DNA of 64,000 nucleotides from an uncultured Rikenellaceae bacterium (GTDB lineage: Bacteria; Bacteroidota; Bacteroidia; Bacteroidales; VadinHA17). The notes beneath the pieces are model-generated. The model had not been told where the DNA came from and made no database searches. It saw only the letters and a program-made list of their open reading frames with translations. Below, in pieces: positions 17,671 to 26,829 of the stretch. The position numbers and the translations under genes were made by a program. The first letter of the stretch is position 1. Every line of letters begins with the position of its first letter. The stretch covers positions 6,911 to 70,910 of the forward strand of contig CAZXAM010000012.1 in assembly GCA_964638545.1 (NCBI GenBank). The letters are read 5' to 3'.

Positions 17671-18669
17671 ATGAAAATTAACCTGCACAACAAGCATTTT
17701 CTTAAGTTACTGGATTTTACACCTGAAGAAATCAATTATCTCCTTGCTCTTTCTGCTGAACTTAAAAAAGCAAAAAAAGAAGGAAAAGAAAAGCAATATC
17801 TGAAAGGAAAGAATATTGCCCTTATTTTTGAAAAATCATCAACTCGTACCCGCTGTGCGTTCGAAGTAGCGGCTTACGATCAGGGAGCTAATGTTACCTA
17901 TCTGGGCCCCTCAGGATCACAAATAGGTTATAAGGAGTCGATGAAGGACACTGCCCGGGTGCTCGGAAGAATGTACGATGGTATTGAATACCGGGGTTTT
18001 GGCCAGAAAATTGTCGAAGAACTTGCTGAGTATGCCGGTGTTCCGGTGTGGAACGGACTGACAAATGAATTTCATCCTACACAGATACTTGCGGATTTCC
18101 TCACAATGCAGGAACATTCCGCGAAACCTCTGAACAAAATGGTTTTCTGCTATCTCGGTGATGCACGTTACAATATGGGAAATTCTCTTATGGTAGGATC
18201 GGCAAAAATGGGGATCGATTTCAGGATCGCCGCTCCGAAAGAATGCCAGCCTTCAGCAGAACTTGTTGCTTCCTGCAAGGCAGTTGCTGCAGTAACGGGA
18301 GCAAGAATCACCATTACGGAAAATGTTGACGAAGCTGTAAAGGATGCTGACTTTCTTTATACCGATGTCTGGGTATCTATGGGTGAACCAGATGCAGTAT
18401 GGGAGGAGAGGATAAAGCAGCTGCTTCCTTACCAGGTGAATATGGACGTAATTAAGAAAACAGGCAATCCAGATGTGAAATTTCTTCATTGCCTGCCCGC
18501 ATTTCATAACAGGGAAACAAAAGTGGGCGAGGATATCTACAAAAAATTCGGACTCAATGGGATCGAAGTGACCGAAGATGTTTTTGAATCGAAACATTCA
18601 ATAGTTTTCGACGAAGCCGAAAACAGATTGCATACGATAAAAGCTGTGATGGTTGCGACTCTCGGCTAG
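17671..18669 (+). CDS. argF: Ornithine carbamoyltransferase (catabolic-type context; a putrescine carbamoyltransferase cannot be excluded)
   Basis: 332 aa with the motifs [17 protein letters not shown] and HCLPAFH. Follows arcC. Confidence 0.88.
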   Translation: MKINLHNKHFLKLLDFTPEEINYLLALSAELKKAKKEGKEKQYLKGKNIALIFEKSSTRTRCAFEVAAYDQGANVTYLGPSGSQIGYKESMKDTARVLGRMYDGIEYRGFGQKIVEELAEYAGVPVWNGLTNEFHPTQILADFLTMQEHSAKPLNKMVFCYLGDARYNMGNSLMVGSAKMGIDFRIAAPKECQPSAELVASCKAVAAVTGARITITENVDEAVKDADFLYTDVWVSMGEPDAVWEERIKQLLPYQVNMDVIKKTGNPDVKFLHCLPAFHNRETKVGEDIYKKFGLNGIEVTEDVFESKHSIVFDEAENRLHTIKAVMVATLG

Positions 18670-18673
18670 GAGC

Positions 18674-18696
18674 TCTGCGCCCTGCACCCTGCGCAC
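18674..18696. repeat. Short CTGCRCC x3 tandem repeat after the argF stop
   Basis: ctCTGCGCCCTGCACCCTGCGCAc, between the convergent argF and DUF456 genes. Confidence 0.4.
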
Positions 18697-18705
18697 TCAA
18701 TAAGA

Positions 18706-19185
18706 TTATGCAATCCACTCCTTGAAGAAGTAGAATGTCATTATCAGTGATGCGGCAAGTTTTAATCCAACTCCGGTGAGGAAACCGATCAGGCTTCCGA
18801 AACCCGCCTTAAATGCATATTTAAGGTCATCCTTGAAAATTAGTTCCCCGACTATGGCTCCCAAAAGAGGTCCAATAATGATGCCGGCAGGGCCAAGGAA
18901 GAATCCTACAATAAGACCGACGGTTGCACCCCTTGCCCCGTATTTTGAGCCGCCGAATTTCCTGGTACCCCAGATGGGTACGATATAATCAAGGATGGTT
19001 ACAACTATGGTAACAATCCCGAGCACTATAAGAACTGTTTTGGAGAATTGTCCGAATCTGCTGAGATGGAGCAGGATAATGCCGATATAGCTCAGAGGAG
19101 GGCCCGGCAATACGGGAGCAAGGCACCCGATAATGCCAACGATCATTAGTATAATCCCTAATATCAGGAGAATATAGTCAGTCAT
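18706..19185 (-). CDS. DUF456 family membrane protein
   Basis: 159 aa with four predicted TM helices and Gly-rich segments typical of DUF456. Confidence 0.55.
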   Translation of the reverse strand: MTDYILLILGIILMIVGIIGCLAPVLPGPPLSYIGIILLHLSRFGQFSKTVLIVLGIVTIVVTILDYIVPIWGTRKFGGSKYGARGATVGLIVGFFLGPAGIIIGPLLGAIVGELIFKDDLKYAFKAGFGSLIGFLTGVGLKLAASLIMTFYFFKEWIA

Positions 19186-19223
19186 CAGATATCAATTATT
19201 GAGATACAGTGAGGACCTGCAGA

Positions 19224-19625
19224 TTACTTTTTCCCAAGATCGTCGAAGCTGATATCAGTGAATTCAGCTCCTGACGGAGGTTCGCTTGTTTCAACAGTCT
19301 TATCGTCAGGTGAAAGCGCTGAAGGCTTTAGTTCGCTTCTGCCATTTCCGATATAGGCAACTGTCTCTTTCAGCCCTTCTGTGAATTTCTCAAAATCTTC
19401 CTTGTAAAGAAAGATTTTGTGCTTCTCATAAAAGACTTTGCCTTCTTTTCCCAGCCTTTTTTTGCTTTCAGTAATAGTAAGATAATAGTCTTCCTTTCTT
19501 GTGGCCTTCACATCGAAGAAATAGGTTCTTTTCCCGGCCCGAACAACCCTGGTGAAAATCTCCTCTTTCTGATTCTTTTCCTCACCAGTGTTTACAGCAT
19601 CAATTATTCCGGTTTCTTCTTCCAT
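19224..19625 (-). CDS. DUF3276 (PUR-alpha-like nucleic-acid-binding) family protein
   Basis: Motif VRAGKRTYFFDVKATRKEDYYLTITESKK. The track starts the ORF at TTG 19667. A TACATTTG -7 box at 19665-19672 places the transcription start downstream of that TTG, so I start at ATG 19625. Confidence 0.65.
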   Translation of the reverse strand: MEEETGIIDAVNTGEEKNQKEEIFTRVVRAGKRTYFFDVKATRKEDYYLTITESKKRLGKEGKVFYEKHKIFLYKEDFEKFTEGLKETVAYIGNGRSELKPSALSPDDKTVETSEPPSGAEFTDISFDDLGKK

Positions 19626-19664
19626 CGCTAAGTCAGTTAATGTTAGGGTTTTAATTTGTATTGT

Positions 19665-19672
19665 CAAATGTA
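19665..19672 (-). promoter_or_regulatory. Candidate -7 promoter box TACATTTG (DUF3276 gene)
   Basis: The plus strand reads CAAATGTA. It lies 40 nt upstream of ATG 19625 on the minus strand. Confidence 0.4.
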
Positions 19673-19753
19673 ATAATTATTTTTTCAAATCAAAATAGGC
19701 TTAAATCCGTCCTGGTTTTTTTGAGAAGAGCTTTGACTGTTAAGGAAAAAGAG

Positions 19754-19761
19754 TATTTTTG
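19754..19761 (+). promoter_or_regulatory. Candidate -7 promoter box TATTTTTG (nusB)
   Basis: Exact TAnnTTTG match 30 nt upstream of ATG 19791. Confidence 0.45.
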
Positions 19762-19790
19762 CACGGGTAAAAATTTGAGGTTCTTTATAG

Positions 19791-20759
19791 ATGATAAGCA
19801 GAAGATTATTACGGATAAAGGCACTGATGATCCTTTATGCCTTTAACCGCAGGGATGAAAATGATCTGGCGAAAGCCGAAAAGGAACTGATGTTCAGCAT
19901 CGGGAAAACCTATGATCTTTATTTATACCTGATACTGCTGGTCATCGAGATTGCAGATATAGCATCTGACAAAATTGAGCAGGCTCTGCTGAAAAAGATC
20001 CCTTCACCCGAAGACCTGAATCCGAACCGCAGATTTGCAGATAATGCAGTTATTGCGCAGCTCCGTAATAATAATGCCTTCAAAAGGGGTATTTCAGAGT
20101 CCAAGCTTACCTGGTCAAATTACCCCCATATCCCGAGATTGCTGTACAACAGCATGATCGTCTGGGAACCATATATCCTGTACATGAATTCGGAAGAAAA
20201 GGGCTACCTCCACGACAGGAAGTTTGTTATCAGCCTTATTAAAGACTTTTTTGCCGCTTCCGAGGATCTTCTTAACTGCCTTGAGGAACAGAGCATCTAT
20301 TGGAATGATGATATGGAATATGTTCTTGTGATGCTTGAAAAAACTCTCAGTAAATTCAAGGCTGATTCAGGTGAAAAGGCCCAGCTCATGAAGTTGTTCA
20401 AAAACGATGATGATGAGGATTTCGTAAAACAGCTTTTCAGGAAAACCATTATTAACGCCAGCAAAACTTCTGAACTTATCGACAGGAACACCACCAACTG
20501 GGAGGTCGAACGTATAGCCCTGATGGATATCCTCGTTATGCGACTGGCAGTTAATGAGATAATTGAATTCCCTGAAATTCCTGTAAAAGTGACCCTTAAC
20601 GAATATATTGAGATCGCCAAATATTATTGTACCTCAAAAAGCAGTAATTTTGTCAACGGCATCCTCGACAATATTGTAAAGGAGATACGTGAAGCGGGAA
20701 TGTTTAAAAAGTCCGGAAGAGGATTGCTTGGTGAAAGCATAAAAAACAAAAAGAACTGA
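19791..20759 (+). CDS. nusB: Transcription antitermination factor NusB (long Bacteroidota form)
   Basis: 322 aa. N-terminus RRLLRIKALMILYA, and a C-terminal NusB fold (ERIALMDILVMRLAVNEI...VNGILD). Confidence 0.8.
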   Translation: MISRRLLRIKALMILYAFNRRDENDLAKAEKELMFSIGKTYDLYLYLILLVIEIADIASDKIEQALLKKIPSPEDLNPNRRFADNAVIAQLRNNNAFKRGISESKLTWSNYPHIPRLLYNSMIVWEPYILYMNSEEKGYLHDRKFVISLIKDFFAASEDLLNCLEEQSIYWNDDMEYVLVMLEKTLSKFKADSGEKAQLMKLFKNDDDEDFVKQLFRKTIINASKTSELIDRNTTNWEVERIALMDILVMRLAVNEIIEFPEIPVKVTLNEYIEIAKYYCTSKSSNFVNGILDNIVKEIREAGMFKKSGRGLLGESIKNKKN

Positions 20760-20766
20760 TTAAGCT

Positions 20767-21207
20767 ATGCTAATTAGAAAAAGTCTGGCAATTATCCTGA
20801 CATTGACAATCATCAGTGCAGCAGCCTGCAATAAAGGGAACAAACATGGAAATGCCTCATCGGATAGTCATTCTTCAGATACAGGCAAAGCTGTTATTAC
20901 TTTCGCGTCACTCGACCATGATTTTGGCAGGGTAACCGAGGGAGAGAAAGTGGGGTGTATCTTCACTTTCACTAATACAGGCACCTCTGACCTTATTGTT
21001 ACCAACGCCACAACAAGCTGCGGATGCACTGTGCCTAAGTATGACAAAACCCCGATTGCCCCGGGCTCACATGGATCTATCGAGGTTGTTTTCGATACAG
21101 GAGGCCGTAATGGAATCCAGACCAAATCAATCACGATTCTCTCAAATGCAGCTGCCCCTGTAGTGCTTCTTCAAATAAAGGCTGAAGTAATACCAAAAGA
21201 GAAATAA
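20767..21207 (+). CDS. DUF1573 domain-containing protein
   Basis: 146 aa with a lipoprotein signal. FDFGRVTEGEKV...FTFTNTGTSDLIV...SCGCTVP is the DUF1573 signature. Confidence 0.7.
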   Translation: MLIRKSLAIILTLTIISAAACNKGNKHGNASSDSHSSDTGKAVITFASLDHDFGRVTEGEKVGCIFTFTNTGTSDLIVTNATTSCGCTVPKYDKTPIAPGSHGSIEVVFDTGGRNGIQTKSITILSNAAAPVVLLQIKAEVIPKEK

Positions 21208-21245
21208 CCAGCAACTTTTAGCCACCATATCTTTAACGAATGTGG

Positions 21246-21315
21246 CCAGCAACCAATAACCAGCAACCAGCAACCAGCAACCAGCAACCAGCAACCAGCA
21301 ACCAGCAACCAGTAA
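21246..21315. repeat. Heptanucleotide tandem repeat (CCAGCAA / AACCAGC), 10 units
   Basis: Seven perfect consecutive units at 21260-21308. These are flanked by CCAGCAA (21246), CCAATAA (21253) and CCAGTAA (21309). An isolated copy sits at 21208-21214, directly after the DUF1573 stop. Confidence 0.95.
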
Positions 21316-21344
21316 CAAATAAATAATAACCAAACTCAATTACG

Positions 21345-21686
21345 ATGACCCATTTAGCTTTCTTATTACTCCAGACACAGCCGGCAAGGACCGGCGCTTC
21401 GCAGGGCGGAAACATGACCGTGAGCTTTCTTATGCTTCTGGCTGTATTCGTTGTATTCTATTTCTTCTTCATAAGGCCTCAGATGAAGAAGCAGAAAGAA
21501 ATGACCAATTACAGGAGTTCTCTTAAAAAAGGTGATAAAGTTGTCACCAATGGAGGTATCTATGGCAGGATCCTGGAAGTCAAGGATAATTTTGTGATGA
21601 TGGATGTTGGAGGCGACATAAAGCTCAAAGTCGACAAGAGCGCACTTATGAAGGACCCAACAGCTGAGGAAACGGCAAAAGCATAA
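21345..21686 (+). CDS. yajC: Preprotein translocase subunit YajC
   Basis: 113 aa. TM helix followed by FFFIRPQMKKQKE..LKKGDKVVTNGGIYG. Confidence 0.85.
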   Translation: MTHLAFLLLQTQPARTGASQGGNMTVSFLMLLAVFVVFYFFFIRPQMKKQKEMTNYRSSLKKGDKVVTNGGIYGRILEVKDNFVMMDVGGDIKLKVDKSALMKDPTAEETAKA

Positions 21687-21709
21687 TTAACCCGTAAGGG
21701 TGATAAATT

Positions 21710-22159
21710 ATGATGAAATTAAGGAGCGGTAATCCATCGAAAAAAGGATTGCACAGGATTAACAGGAACATCTTTGTATTCTTGTTCTTCCTGCTTCTTT
21801 CTTTCATTTTCTGGTATCTGAACTCACTTTCAAAGGAGATCGATACAACTTTGAAATACCCTGTTTCTTATGCCAATGCCCCTGGCGGAAACGAAACAGC
21901 TTCAAATCTCCCGTCAAAGCTTAACCTGATGCTTAAAGGACATGGCTATTCTATTCTCAGGATCAAGCTTTCAGCGAAGGGAAATCCCTTGACAGTCGAT
22001 TTTTCAGAAATCAGCTATTTCAGGGAACAAAAAAGCGGTTCAGGAAATTGTTATATTGTCACAGCTCCTCTAATAACACGTTTTAGTACCCAGCTCCTTC
22101 AGGGAGCCAGGATCACTTCTGTCAAACCCGATACGATCTTCTTTTCTGTAAAAGAGTAA
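21710..22159 (+). CDS. YbbR-like domain protein (short)
   Basis: 149 aa with an N-terminal TM helix and one YbbR-like repeat. Sits in the conserved position between yajC and coaE. Confidence 0.5.
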   Translation: MMKLRSGNPSKKGLHRINRNIFVFLFFLLLSFIFWYLNSLSKEIDTTLKYPVSYANAPGGNETASNLPSKLNLMLKGHGYSILRIKLSAKGNPLTVDFSEISYFREQKSGSGNCYIVTAPLITRFSTQLLQGARITSVKPDTIFFSVKE

Positions 22160-22207
22160 CACAAGGACTTTAGCGGTATCGGACAGGTTAAAAATGTCTC
22201 AAATCGG

Positions 22208-22819
22208 ATGAGAAAGGCCAACAAACCATTAATGAAGCTGGGGATCACCGGAGGAATTGGAAGCGGAAAAACTTCAGTCTGCAGGGTATTCGGCATTCTT
22301 GGCATACCGGTTTTTTCCGCTGATCCCGAAGCGCAGGAGATTATGAATAGTGACGAAAGCGTTATCAGGGGCATCAATGAAATTGCTCAAAAAAATCTTT
22401 ACCCTGCAGGAAGGCTTGACCGAATGCAGCTTGCTGAACTTATCTTCAAGGATCCTGATGTGCTGAAGAAGGTAAATGCGCTTGTACATCCAGTTGTATT
22501 TGAGCATTTTAATCAATGGGCACTGAACCAGGATACTCCTTATGTGATTATGGAAGCAGCTATTCTTTTTGAAAGCGGAGCCGCTAATCTGGTCGACAGG
22601 GTGGCAACCGTATTTGCACCTGTGGAAGAAAGGATTGCCAGGGTGACCCGGAGAAACAAGCTGACCAGGGAACAGGTCATCGACAGGATCCGCAACCAGA
22701 TGGATGATGAAACAAGAATAAAAATGTCGGATTATGTGATCAATAATTCGGAAAATGATATGATTATTCCTGTAATCCTGAAGATACACGAGGACTTGCT
22801 TAACCACTTATACTCCTGA
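22208..22819 (+). CDS. coaE: Dephospho-CoA kinase
   Basis: P-loop LGITGGIGSGKT. The true start is probably the MKLGITGG Met at 22232. Confidence 0.9.
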   Translation: MRKANKPLMKLGITGGIGSGKTSVCRVFGILGIPVFSADPEAQEIMNSDESVIRGINEIAQKNLYPAGRLDRMQLAELIFKDPDVLKKVNALVHPVVFEHFNQWALNQDTPYVIMEAAILFESGAANLVDRVATVFAPVEERIARVTRRNKLTREQVIDRIRNQMDDETRIKMSDYVINNSENDMIIPVILKIHEDLLNHLYS

Positions 22820-22825
22820 ATCATA

Positions 22826-23551
22826 ATGGCTGGATTGGGAAAATGGCTCGGCGGCGGACTTGGTTTTGTGATGGGAGGACCAATCGGAGCTCTGCTTGGA
22901 TTCCTTGTAGGTTCTATGGTCGACAGCACTCAGGTAACCACTTCATATTCATCCGGAACCAGGGCAACAACACCGGGAGCATTCGGTGTCAGCCTTCTCG
23001 TGCTGATCGCTGCTGTCATGAAAGCTGACGGGAAAGTTGTAAAGTCAGAGCTCGATTATGTTAAGGAGTTCTTTGTCAGACAATTCGGAAGAGAATCAGC
23101 TGCCGAGGCCACTGTGATGCTCAGGGATCTGCTTAAAAAGGAGATAAACCTCGGCGATGTGTGCCGGCAGATCAGCATGAATATGGATTATTCGTCCAGG
23201 CTTCAGTTGCTGCACCTTCTCTTCGGAGTCTCCATGGCCGACAGTGCTCCGAATCCCTCGGAGATCAGCCTGATGGAAAAGATCTCGGGATTTCTGGGTA
23301 TCTCTCTGGGCGATTTCAAGTCAATCAAGAATATGTTCGTCCCTGAAACGGATTCTTCATACAAGATCCTGGAAATTGAACGAACGGCATCAGATGAAGA
23401 AGTCAAGAAGGCTTACAGGAAAATGGCTATGAAATATCACCCCGATAAAGTCAGCCATCTTGGTGAAGATTATAAGAAAGCCGCTGATGAAAAATTCAAG
23501 AAGGTAAATGAGGCATATGAAAAGATCAAGAAGGAACGCCATATGCCCTGA
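22826..23551 (+). CDS. TerB-domain / C-terminal J-domain membrane co-chaperone (DjlA-like)
   Basis: Gly-rich N-terminal TM segment, a central TerB-like region, and a C-terminal J domain ([30 protein letters not shown]). Confidence 0.75.
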   Translation: MAGLGKWLGGGLGFVMGGPIGALLGFLVGSMVDSTQVTTSYSSGTRATTPGAFGVSLLVLIAAVMKADGKVVKSELDYVKEFFVRQFGRESAAEATVMLRDLLKKEINLGDVCRQISMNMDYSSRLQLLHLLFGVSMADSAPNPSEISLMEKISGFLGISLGDFKSIKNMFVPETDSSYKILEIERTASDEEVKKAYRKMAMKYHPDKVSHLGEDYKKAADEKFKKVNEAYEKIKKERHMP

Positions 23552-23623
23552 TATAAGAAAAAAAGAAACCATAATTTAAAAATACGCGTACAAACACTAA
23601 CTTTACACTCAAAATTACGATAG

Positions 23624-24163
23624 ATGGTATTAAAGGATATAATGGCTGTATCAGGTGAACCTGGACTTTTCAGGTTCATAGCTCAGGGTAAAAACGCAAT
23701 CATTGTAGAGCATCTGGAAACGAAGAAAAGAAGCAGCGTATTCGGCACTGCCAAAGTTAGTTCTTTGGAGGAAATATCGATTTTCACTGAAAAGGAAGAT
23801 ATGCCGCTGTCAAAAGTTTTCGATCTTATTTTCGAGAAAGAAAAGGGTGGTCCTGCAATAGACTATAAGTCAGATCCTCAGAAACTTAAGGATTACATGC
23901 TGGAGGTTCTGCCCGAATACAGCAAGGATAAAGTATATCTCAGCGATATCAAGAAACTGTTCCATTGGTATAACATCCTGCATTCGCTCAGTCTGCTTGT
24001 AAAGGAAGAGCCTGAAAAACCCGCTGAGGCTGCCAAAACGGAGCAGGAGGAAGTGTCGAAGGAGGAAAAACCTAAGAAGGAACCTGCGGCAAAGAAAGCA
24101 AAGAGCACCGGCCCCAAGGCAGAGACAACTGCAAAAAAGAAGCCGGCCAAACCGAAAGAATAA
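23624..24163 (+). CDS. DUF5606 family protein with a Lys/Pro/Ala/Glu-rich tail
   Basis: 179 aa with a conserved N-terminal domain (SGEPGLFRFIAQGKNAIIVE). The C-terminal 50 aa is histone-H1-like low complexity. Confidence 0.55.
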   Translation: MVLKDIMAVSGEPGLFRFIAQGKNAIIVEHLETKKRSSVFGTAKVSSLEEISIFTEKEDMPLSKVFDLIFEKEKGGPAIDYKSDPQKLKDYMLEVLPEYSKDKVYLSDIKKLFHWYNILHSLSLLVKEEPEKPAEAAKTEQEEVSKEEKPKKEPAAKKAKSTGPKAETTAKKKPAKPKE

Positions 24164-24182
24164 TAGAGGATCTGTTCTTGAT

Positions 24183-25019
24183 ATGAATTTTGGAGGTGCA
24201 GAAGTCGTTTATGATTATGCCGGGTCAGGTATTATCATCGTACCAGTGCCATATGACGGCACAAGCACCTGGATGAAAGGTTCCGACAAGGGACCTGAAG
24301 CAATCATGGAAGCATCGGTGAACCTCGAGTTCTATGATGTGGAGACCGGCACCGAGGTCCACAAAAAAGGAATTCATACCATAGCTCCGGTCTCAGATAA
24401 CATATCCCCTGATGCATTGGTCAATGCAGTTTATCAAAAGATATCGCATCTTCTGAAAGAGAAAAAGTTCCCGGTCACCGTGGGAGGAAACCATACAGTA
24501 AGCATAGGAGCGATCAAGGCTTTTTCTGAGAAATTCGATGATTTTTCGGTTCTGCAGCTTGACGCTCATTCCGACCTTAGACAGGAATATGAAGGATCGC
24601 GTTTTAATCATGCATGTGCTATGGCCAGGTGCAGGGAATATGCTCCTTCAGTGCAGGTAGGGATCCGCAGCATGTCGGCAGAAGAACTCCCTTATGCTGA
24701 CAAGGAGAGAATCTTTTATGCACACGACCTGTATTACAAAAAGGAGCTGTACCGGAAAGCAGCTGAAAAGCTTTCGGGAAATGTTTATGTGACTATCGAT
24801 CTCGATGTTTTTGATCCCTCCCTGATGCCTTCAACAGGGACTCCCGAGCCTGGCGGACCTGATTATTTCGAATTGATGCATTTCCTGAAAGATGTTGCAG
24901 CAAAAAAGAATATTGTAGGTTTTGATGTTGTTGAGCTTTGCCCGTCGCCGGGCAACAAGTTCCCTGATTTTGTTGCTGCAAAGGTTATATATCAGCTGCT
25001 GAGTTATATATTCAAATGA
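24183..25019 (+). CDS. speB: Agmatinase (arginase/ureohydrolase family)
   Basis: Mn-binding motifs GGNHTVS, LQLDAHSDLR and TIDLDVFDPS..PSTGTPEPGG. Confidence 0.85.
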   Translation: MNFGGAEVVYDYAGSGIIIVPVPYDGTSTWMKGSDKGPEAIMEASVNLEFYDVETGTEVHKKGIHTIAPVSDNISPDALVNAVYQKISHLLKEKKFPVTVGGNHTVSIGAIKAFSEKFDDFSVLQLDAHSDLRQEYEGSRFNHACAMARCREYAPSVQVGIRSMSAEELPYADKERIFYAHDLYYKKELYRKAAEKLSGNVYVTIDLDVFDPSLMPSTGTPEPGGPDYFELMHFLKDVAAKKNIVGFDVVELCPSPGNKFPDFVAAKVIYQLLSYIFK

Positions 25020-25020
25020 C

Positions 25021-25099
25021 CCCCAAACCCCCTGAAGGGGGCCTGGTTTGTGGCTGAATTTATACCCCCTTCAGGGGGTCGCCGCGCAGCGGCGGGGGG
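25021..25099 (-). repeat. GC-clamp multi-hairpin element, copy B (inverted relative to copy A)
   Basis: C5-TGAA-G5 (25028-25041), CTGAATTTAT, C5-TTCA-G5 (25065-25078), CGCCGCgcaGCGGCG (25080-25094) and a G-run. The reverse complement aligns with copy A. Confidence 0.85.
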
Positions 25100-25881
25100 T
25101 CTAGTTTCTTCGCCTCTTCCCATATCACATTCATCTCATCGAGACTCATGCTGTGGAGCGACCTTCCCTTTTTCATGGTCTCATTTTCGAGGTAATTGAA
25201 TCTCTTTATGAATTTTCTGTTGGTTTTTTCCAGGGCTGCTTCAGGGTCGATCCCATAGAGCCGGGAAGCATTGATAAGTGAAAAAAATACATCCCCAAGT
25301 TCCGACTCCATTTCCTCAATGTTATGATCATCAATTTCCTTTTTCAGTTCTCCGATCTCCTCCAGAACCTTATCCCATATCTGTTCACGCTTTTCCCAGT
25401 CAAATCCTACACCTCTGACTTTTTCCTGTAATCTGTTAGCCTTGACAATGGCAGGCAGTGTTGAAGGAACTCCTGACAGAACCGGCTTATAGCCATTATT
25501 CTCTTTGATCTTGAGATGTTCCCAGTTTCTTTCAACCTCGGAGGCGCCTGAAACTTTTACGTCGCTGAAAACATGCGGGTGCCTGTAAACAAGCTTTTCA
25601 TTGATACCTTTAAGGACATCGGTCATGTTGAATATGTTTTTTTCCGAACCGATCTTTGAATAAAAAACAATATGAAGCATAAGGTCTCCGAGCTCATTTT
25701 TTATCCCTTCGTCATTGCCTGAAAATATTGCTTCAGCAAGTTCATAAGTCTCCTCGATCGTCAACTTCCGCAGGCTCTCATTTGTCTGTTTCTTGTCCCA
25801 TGGACATGTTTCCCTGAGCTTATCCATTAATTCCAGGAGTTTCACAAACTCCGCTGCACTTCTTTCCTTATCATTCATCAT
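25060..25881 (-). CDS. mazG: Nucleoside triphosphate pyrophosphohydrolase MazG
   Basis: 273 aa with tandem MazG domains (EETYELAEAI..ELGDLMLHIVF; EEIGELKKEI..ELGDVFFSLIN). The last 14 codons (LDPPPLRGDPLKGV) come from a repeat element. Confidence 0.9.
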   Translation of the reverse strand: MMNDKERSAAEFVKLLELMDKLRETCPWDKKQTNESLRKLTIEETYELAEAIFSGNDEGIKNELGDLMLHIVFYSKIGSEKNIFNMTDVLKGINEKLVYRHPHVFSDVKVSGASEVERNWEHLKIKENNGYKPVLSGVPSTLPAIVKANRLQEKVRGVGFDWEKREQIWDKVLEEIGELKKEIDDHNIEEMESELGDVFFSLINASRLYGIDPEAALEKTNRKFIKRFNYLENETMKKGRSLHSMSLDEMNVIWEEAKKLDPPPLRGDPLKGV

Positions 25882-25890
25882 TAATTTGAT

Positions 25891-26685
25891 TTAAAACAAC
25901 CGGTTGGGAGAAGCTTTTTTAACCCTGGCTTCAATCCTCAGTGCTGATCCTACATTCAGGTCCAGAAGTTCTGAAACATTAGCTCCGTTTATGGAAATTT
26001 CGAGCAGATCAAGTGAATTGAATCTTGCCAGCATTTCTCCTACAGGCACATCGCTGTACTTTTCAAGAATATGATCTGTATAGTTTTTGTTGCTCTGGAT
26101 CAGTATCCTGTACTCTTTTCCTTCAAACACCCTGAGGAAAACTTCCCTTGTTACGTTGGATATTACATTACCGTAAGAGTCAATGAAAATAATGCTTCCT
26201 ATTATAACATCCTTCTCAATAGTGGCCCTCAGCGGGATCATCTCGCTGATCTTCTTCACAGGCTTCCCTAACTCTGAGGGTTTCTTGCCTCTTGCAAGGT
26301 CGGATGCGGCTCTGGCAAACAAATCAAGCTCATCGGAACTTTCAATATGATCTATCCTGACCGCTTCATCGGGTTCAGCATTCAGTATGAGGTTGAAGAT
26401 TCCGTTATCTGCTCCGACAAAAAAATGGTCCCTGGCCTTAACGATCAGGTAATCCTGACCTTTCAAAGCTTCAGAGTGAACGCAAATGAGATGGATGGTT
26501 CCTTTAGGATAATTATTATAAGTATTCCTTATCACGAATGAAGCATGGGAGATGTTGAAAGCCTGAATCCCGGTGGCATTGTCAATGATTATTGCTTCAG
26601 GACACAACCTGCAGAGTTTGCCCTTCAGGATTCCATGGTAAATGTCGTCGGTCTTCCATTCGGTTGTAAGGGTGATAACAGGCAT
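25891..26685 (-). CDS. SAM hydrolase / SAM hydroxide adenosyltransferase family protein (DUF62)
   Basis: N-terminus MPVITLTTEWKTDDIYHGILKG and overall length are typical of the family. Confidence 0.7.
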   Translation of the reverse strand: MPVITLTTEWKTDDIYHGILKGKLCRLCPEAIIIDNATGIQAFNISHASFVIRNTYNNYPKGTIHLICVHSEALKGQDYLIVKARDHFFVGADNGIFNLILNAEPDEAVRIDHIESSDELDLFARAASDLARGKKPSELGKPVKKISEMIPLRATIEKDVIIGSIIFIDSYGNVISNVTREVFLRVFEGKEYRILIQSNKNYTDHILEKYSDVPVGEMLARFNSLDLLEISINGANVSELLDLNVGSALRIEARVKKASPNRLF

Positions 26686-26702
26686 AGGGAAAAATCTTAA
26701 GA

Positions 26703-26710
26703 CAAAGATA
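26703..26710 (-). promoter_or_regulatory. Candidate -7 promoter box TATCTTTG (SAM hydrolase-mazG unit)
   Basis: The plus strand reads CAAAGATA. It lies 18 nt upstream of ATG 26685 on the minus strand. Confidence 0.4.
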
Positions 26711-26829
26711 ATCTTCTAAAGAAAAATAAACTTACTTTGTAACTCCGGGTGGCTTATTTTTATGAACTTTAGGCGGATGGGTGGTTAATAATGCAAAAAG
26801 AACATCAGGGTATAAGGGGCTGAAACTTA

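Noticed and set aside
21142-21415. Two minus-strand ORFs encoding LLVAGCW repeats.
   Set aside because: They are direct translations of the non-coding AACCAGC heptamer array. The 7-nt period cycles through all three frames, and there is no credible start context or partner domain.
22274-22807. A 177-aa ORF antisense to almost the whole of coaE. Similar long antisense ORFs occur at 9039-9620 (ftcD), 43564-44136 and 44330-44851 (hydA/hydB), 62513-62992 and 62982-63650 (gltD/gltB), 3425-3901 and 31271-31720.
   Set aside because: The coaE antisense ORF is in the codon-for-codon complementary frame, where antisense stops arise only from sense TTA/CTA/TCA codons. coaE has none of these between 22274 and 22807 because it prefers CTT/CTG and AGC/TCC/TCG. 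The antisense products are low-complexity with no recognisable motifs. This looks like a codon-usage by-product (shadow ORFs), not overprinted genes.
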